DNA from: Rotaria socialis
Taxonomy: Eukaryota
NCBI GenBank assembly: GCA_905331295.1
Contig: CAJNYD010000068.1
Location: forward strand, 62,001-93,151
DNA length: 31,151 nt
Direction of reading: 5' to 3'
Shown here: positions 23,050-31,151 of the stretch, one piece after another
How the letters are laid out: the number at the start of each line of letters is the position of its first letter
Numbering within the stretch: the stretch's first letter is position 1
Notes under the pieces: generated by a model
Database searches by the model: none
Told to the model about the DNA's origin: nothing
What the model saw: only the letters and a program-made list of their open reading frames with translations
Position numbers and translations under genes: made by a program

Positions 23050-24989
23050 TTAAACAAATGTATTCGTTGGTGAGCCTTTTACGGCAAGCACTGATGAATT
23101 TGTCACTTGATAAAATGGCTTTCCTGTATTATTTGTTGTTTGTCGAATAAATGGCTTAGGTTCGATATAATGTCCTAATTGAGCTAGATCAACAAATTGT
23201 CGGTTGGATGCTGTTGATAATGACGAAGACATGGTATTTCTGTTATAGCAGGGTATCGATAAATCACTACATGTTGATGAATTCTCAGTTGATACTGTAT
23301 CAGTTGAAGAAACTAAAGAAAAAAATTCACGATTGACTGGTACACTTGGATAACGATGAATATCTAATGTGACTGAATGTTTTGCATGTCTGAAAAAAAA
23401 ACATAATTCTTTTGTGTTCTGCAAATAAGAAAGATTCTTCTAATCACTTGATTAAATTTGATACGGTTCTTTGTTGAGCACGTGACACATTTTGGCCGTT
23501 AACTTTAACAATATAATCACCTGATTTAAGTCCGCATAGAGCAGCTGGACTATTTTCACTAACTTTTCCAATGAATGTTGGACTATCACCAACAACAGTA
23601 AAACCAAATGAATGAGTTGAACCACGAGAAATTATAAACTAAAAGAAGACAAGAAAAAAATATATATTTTTGACTGTCGATATTTTCTAATTACTAATTT
23701 AATGATCTCAAAAGGAGATGCAATTGAAGATGAACTATTCTCTTCTTGATTACATCAACTCAAAATTTCGTTGAGACTCGAACGAACAACATCGAAGATG
23801 CAACAGATTTTTATCGAATGTATAGCTCTCTTCATGTTGACTTTAGCACTGTTGATAAAATAAACTTTCCCACAATCAGAAAGAATTTTGTCCCCAATCA
23901 TTTATAGAATCTACGGTGAAAACGAACAAAAATATTATGTGAATCATTCGTCGTTATTTCCGAAATCGACATTACTTTGAATCTATAGATTCAATAGGAG
24001 CGTATCATGCCTAAAGATATGAGAAGATTAATTAAAGAGCGCAATTTCAATGAACATGAAGGCAATTATTTGCCGATGGCTATGAAAAAAAATCTCTCTC
24101 TATAACGTATCAGAGATGTCTACCGGGGTTGGAAATACCCCGCTGGGACGAGTCGGTGTACTTAGAAAGAAAGAAAAACTTGTCGTTGCAACGATAGACG
24201 TATCCATTACATATGAATTGTTTCCAATTATGATCAATACATACTTGATGTTCTTCTAAATCCGCAATATCTCGATTTATTTTTGTCACGTGTTTTTCAT
24301 CATGATTCGATACTTGTTTATGACGTAATTCGCCAATATCTTCTTGTAATAAATAAAACCAACCACGAATCTTAAACAAATAAATATATGATGATCGAAC
24401 AAATTGAGTTCAACTATTGTTTTTTTTATACTTTTTGCTTTTTTAATGTATTTCTTATGCCAAATGATAAACAACCTTGAAAATGAAATTGATTTTTTCC
24501 TTGTTCATAGTTATAGACGGAAAAACAAAGACGCTTATTTATATCATCATTATTTATTTCAAATGTAAATTTTTCATTAAATATTCCTGAGCCATTTAAG
24601 TTTGACACAGCACGAGTATGACATTCTAATGGTTTACGATCTGGTATAAGTGTCATTTTAACAAGAATGCTTGATGAACATGACTGAATACCTTTGACTT
24701 GTAAAACTAAAAAACAAAATTGGAAAATAGTTTTATTCAATTAAGAAACATGAAAGAAAAGATAAGACTATTTACTGTTCAATGATAGATGATTATCCGA
24801 TGTGATAAGACTTAATTGAATAACTCCTGATGTTGACCGTTTTTGTTCGTTCATATTTGTTAATTTTCTTGTTATGGCTATACGTGGATAGTTCGGTGAA
24901 TCTAATGTTTTGTTAATAAAATGAACCAAATTCGGTGAATCAAATAAATTTTCTTGTCGATTAATATCTATTTGTGGTGCAAAATTCAT
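23050..24989 (-). CDS. C2 + PDZ domain protein resembling the N-terminal part of RGS3, with no RGS domain
   Basis: Exons about 24989-24776, 24706-24432, 24370-24245, 23638-23448 and 23389-23050, all GT-AG and in frame. C2 domain: FNEKFTFEI...KRLCFSVYN...GCLSFGI...IRGWFYLL (resembles the RGS3 C2). PDZ domain: SFGFTVVGDSP...SPAALCGLKSGDYIVKVNGQNV. A Ser/Thr-rich tail runs to the stop at 23050. Confidence 0.8.
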
Positions 24990-26231
24990 TTTGTTTCTAA
25001 AGAAGTGGATAATAATCGCGTGAGAAACGACAACACTCGATAAAAGAAGAGGGTAACAACTTCTTTTTGTTTTTGTTATTTCTCACCTACTTGTGCAATC
25101 GGTTTAGTACGAAAGAAAGGAAAACAGGTAGAGCTAAATCTTAATGGACACTTACCATCATGGTCGTTTAATTCGAATGATAATCTTTTTATTCTGTTTC
25201 TACTTCAATTCAATAGAACGAGAGAGAAACAAGGAGAGGAAGAAGAAAAACATGAATTCTTTTTCGTTCTTTTTTTTTTTTGAACTTCTTCCTCGGTCAG
25301 TGGAACCAAAAAAAGTAGCCAATGATTTTCTCTAGATTTGATGATTTGGGTCAATTATGCAAATGAATCGAATGTTTTTCGTATATGTAATGATGGATGA
25401 AGTGAATGAGAAGGAATGTTAACAGGCCAATGCTAATGAAAAGTGAATTTTCGCACGAATAACATCTTTTTTAGATTAACAGAAGTGATAATTATACGAC
25501 CGATATACATGTTTAAAAAAGAGGAGAAGACAGATGCACTATTTTATTGATGATGAAATCAAAGAATATGCGAGATATGGCATTGAAAGATAAACATGTT
25601 TGTGAAGGATGACGTATATTTAAGTACTTCCTGCTGAGAACGAACTGAAGAGCATTCTATCTAATAGAAGTGTTAATAAATATTTTGCGTAAAAATAATT
25701 CAACCACTACAGGATCGGGGGCGTGGCTAGAGAAAAAATTGCAATGGCGGTAAAACCTCTCAGATGTATTCGTTCAATTTCAACGATTATTTTTCAAGGG
25801 ATATTTAAAAAAAGTATTCTAAACAACTACAAGTGGTGAGAAAAATTTTATTTTATTTGAACGCAACAAAATCGGAAAACGTTTCCAGGCATGCTAGCAG
25901 AGTCTGAGAAGTAGCTAAGTTTTTTAATTAACTGTTGTGATTTTAACATAGTAATTCATTAGTATCAATATCTGTGGTCATTCTTCGATAAGATCACATT
26001 GTGACTGAAAATTTGAACCGATCTATCTTTCAATTCTGTAACAAGTGAAGATACCATGTTGTGCCAATTAACTGTCAGCAATCAACATTTTTAACAGATA
26101 CGTGCCAATAGATGATAAGCATCATATAAATGAAAGAAAATGTAGCGTTTAGTTGATTTTCTTAATTTCAATAATAAGAGATAATAAGTAAAAAGGGTCT
26201 ACCCCGGATTCGTCCCATAATTCGTCCAGCA

Positions 26232-26534
26232 GTGTCCAAGGACTGAGAAATAGGAATTCCTAATGTGCCAAGGAATTGTCAGTGTCTCTATGATAATTCC
26301 TAGAGGAAATGGGAATCAACTATAGGTTCCCTCACAGTTCCTCCATTCACGAAAGTCCCGATATTTTCTGTTTTCAAAATAGTTTTTGCATGAAATCATT
26401 GATTCTCGCAATTTTGCAAGAGAAAATGAGTGTAAGAACAAAAATTATCGTGAATATTCCATATTTTTACATTTAGTATGCAAGAAACTGTAGGGGAACT
26501 GATGAGGAATTCCTAGTCCTCACTCCTTGGACAC
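26232..26534. mobile_element. MITE-like element (about 303 bp) with 30-bp terminal inverted repeats
   Basis: GTGTCCAAGGACTGAGAAATAGGAATTCCT (26232-26261) matches the reverse complement of 26505-26534, GTGTCCAAGGAGTGAGGACTAGGAATTCCT, at 27/30 positions. Internal GGAATT/AATTCC motifs recur. No ORF; no TSD evident. Confidence 0.75.
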
Positions 26535-27095
26535 CCCTCGAAACGAAAGGGATTTTTTCAATATCGATATTAATCATGAACTTGATATTAAGTTATCAAC
26601 TGATCTATTAAATGAACTCGATTGATGTCTCTGTTGGCCAACAGTACAATTGATCACCAGTGAGAAGAAGAAAAAACATCATTATACTGATTGATTAGTT
26701 CGCCCGAATTTTATATAAATTTGACTGATGTAGATATCATTAAACAATAAAGATAATAATCTCTGATGTTTCTTTTATTTTCTTAAATGACTTTATCATA
26801 GCTTTGTTAATTTTCTAATATTTTTTTTGCTCTCTTATGAGAATGAACTGAAAACAAACATGCCCGTATAGCATCTGAATATAGACCGGATATGACAAAG
26901 AAAATGTACCGCAGAAGAAACTAAGAAAAATCATCATTGAATGTAGCCGCACGAGGTGGACATAAATAGGAAGTGATGGATAACATTAATCATAACGAGA
27001 AACTTCTGACAAACATAAAAAGAAAAAGAAAAGAAACAGCACACACAAACGCACAATGAGGATAGAAGAGTCTAGAGGTTTTATTAGATATTAGA

Positions 27096-30840
<3,745 letters not shown>

Positions 30841-31151
30841 TTAATTTTTTGAAAAGTGAAGGAAGATGATCTCAAATTGAATAAACAGTTTTAGATCTTT
30901 TACTCGAAATCAAAAGATACAAAATATGAATTAAAAAGTTTTTCTAACAATGGAGGGGTTTCAGGTAATAAGCAAAAACGTTGAAGTTTTTTATGTCAAA
31001 TGAAAACTCTCATGGCTGTTGGCGTACCCTTATGGAGATATTCGATTTTTCAGTGAATTTTCTCTACAGGACCGGCTTTCCCAGCAATATCATATTCTCG
31101 AATTTGAACCTGAAACTTTGTATGCATGAAGATTTCAATGAGACTAGCTTA

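Noticed and set aside
26499..26560. CTGATGA...CGAAAC resembling a hammerhead ribozyme core, as found in Penelope-like elements
   Set aside because: Stem II pairs for only about 2 bp, and no convincing stem I, stem III or NUH cleavage site could be built. The sequence is explained as the right TIR of the MITE-like element.

Overview
AT-rich eukaryotic genomic DNA with short GT-AG introns (most about 50-70 nt). It is most likely from a bdelloid rotifer; this is inferred from the intron style, interstitial (TGTGGG)n repeats matching the bdelloid telomeric unit, and intronless non-metazoan-type enzyme genes among animal genes. Six protein-coding genes are supported. (1) A multi-exon full-length ABCB/P-glycoprotein exporter (- strand). 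(2) A spliced gene for a probable surface protein with two tandem beta-rich, G8-like repeats and a hydrophobic C-terminal tail (-). (3) An intronless, GC-richer, bacterial-type FAD-linked oxidoreductase (-). (4) An intronless SABATH-family SAM-dependent methyltransferase (+). (5) An RGS3-like C2+PDZ protein with no RGS domain (-). (6) The 3' part of an Hsp110/HSPA4 gene (-), with a 100-N assembly gap in an intron. Intergenic DNA holds two small non-autonomous TIR elements and a diverged ~275-bp duplication. The most unusual signal is a dispersed set of at least 5 (up to 7-8 counting degenerate copies) short inverted repeats built as (TGTGGG)n - unrelated ~20-55 nt spacer - (CCCACA)n, which is the telomere-fusion orientation. 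They fall between 7.4 and 22.5 kb, flank the accessory and putatively foreign genes, and I saw none around the conserved metazoan genes at 23-31 kb. All analysis was by eye; no searches were run.
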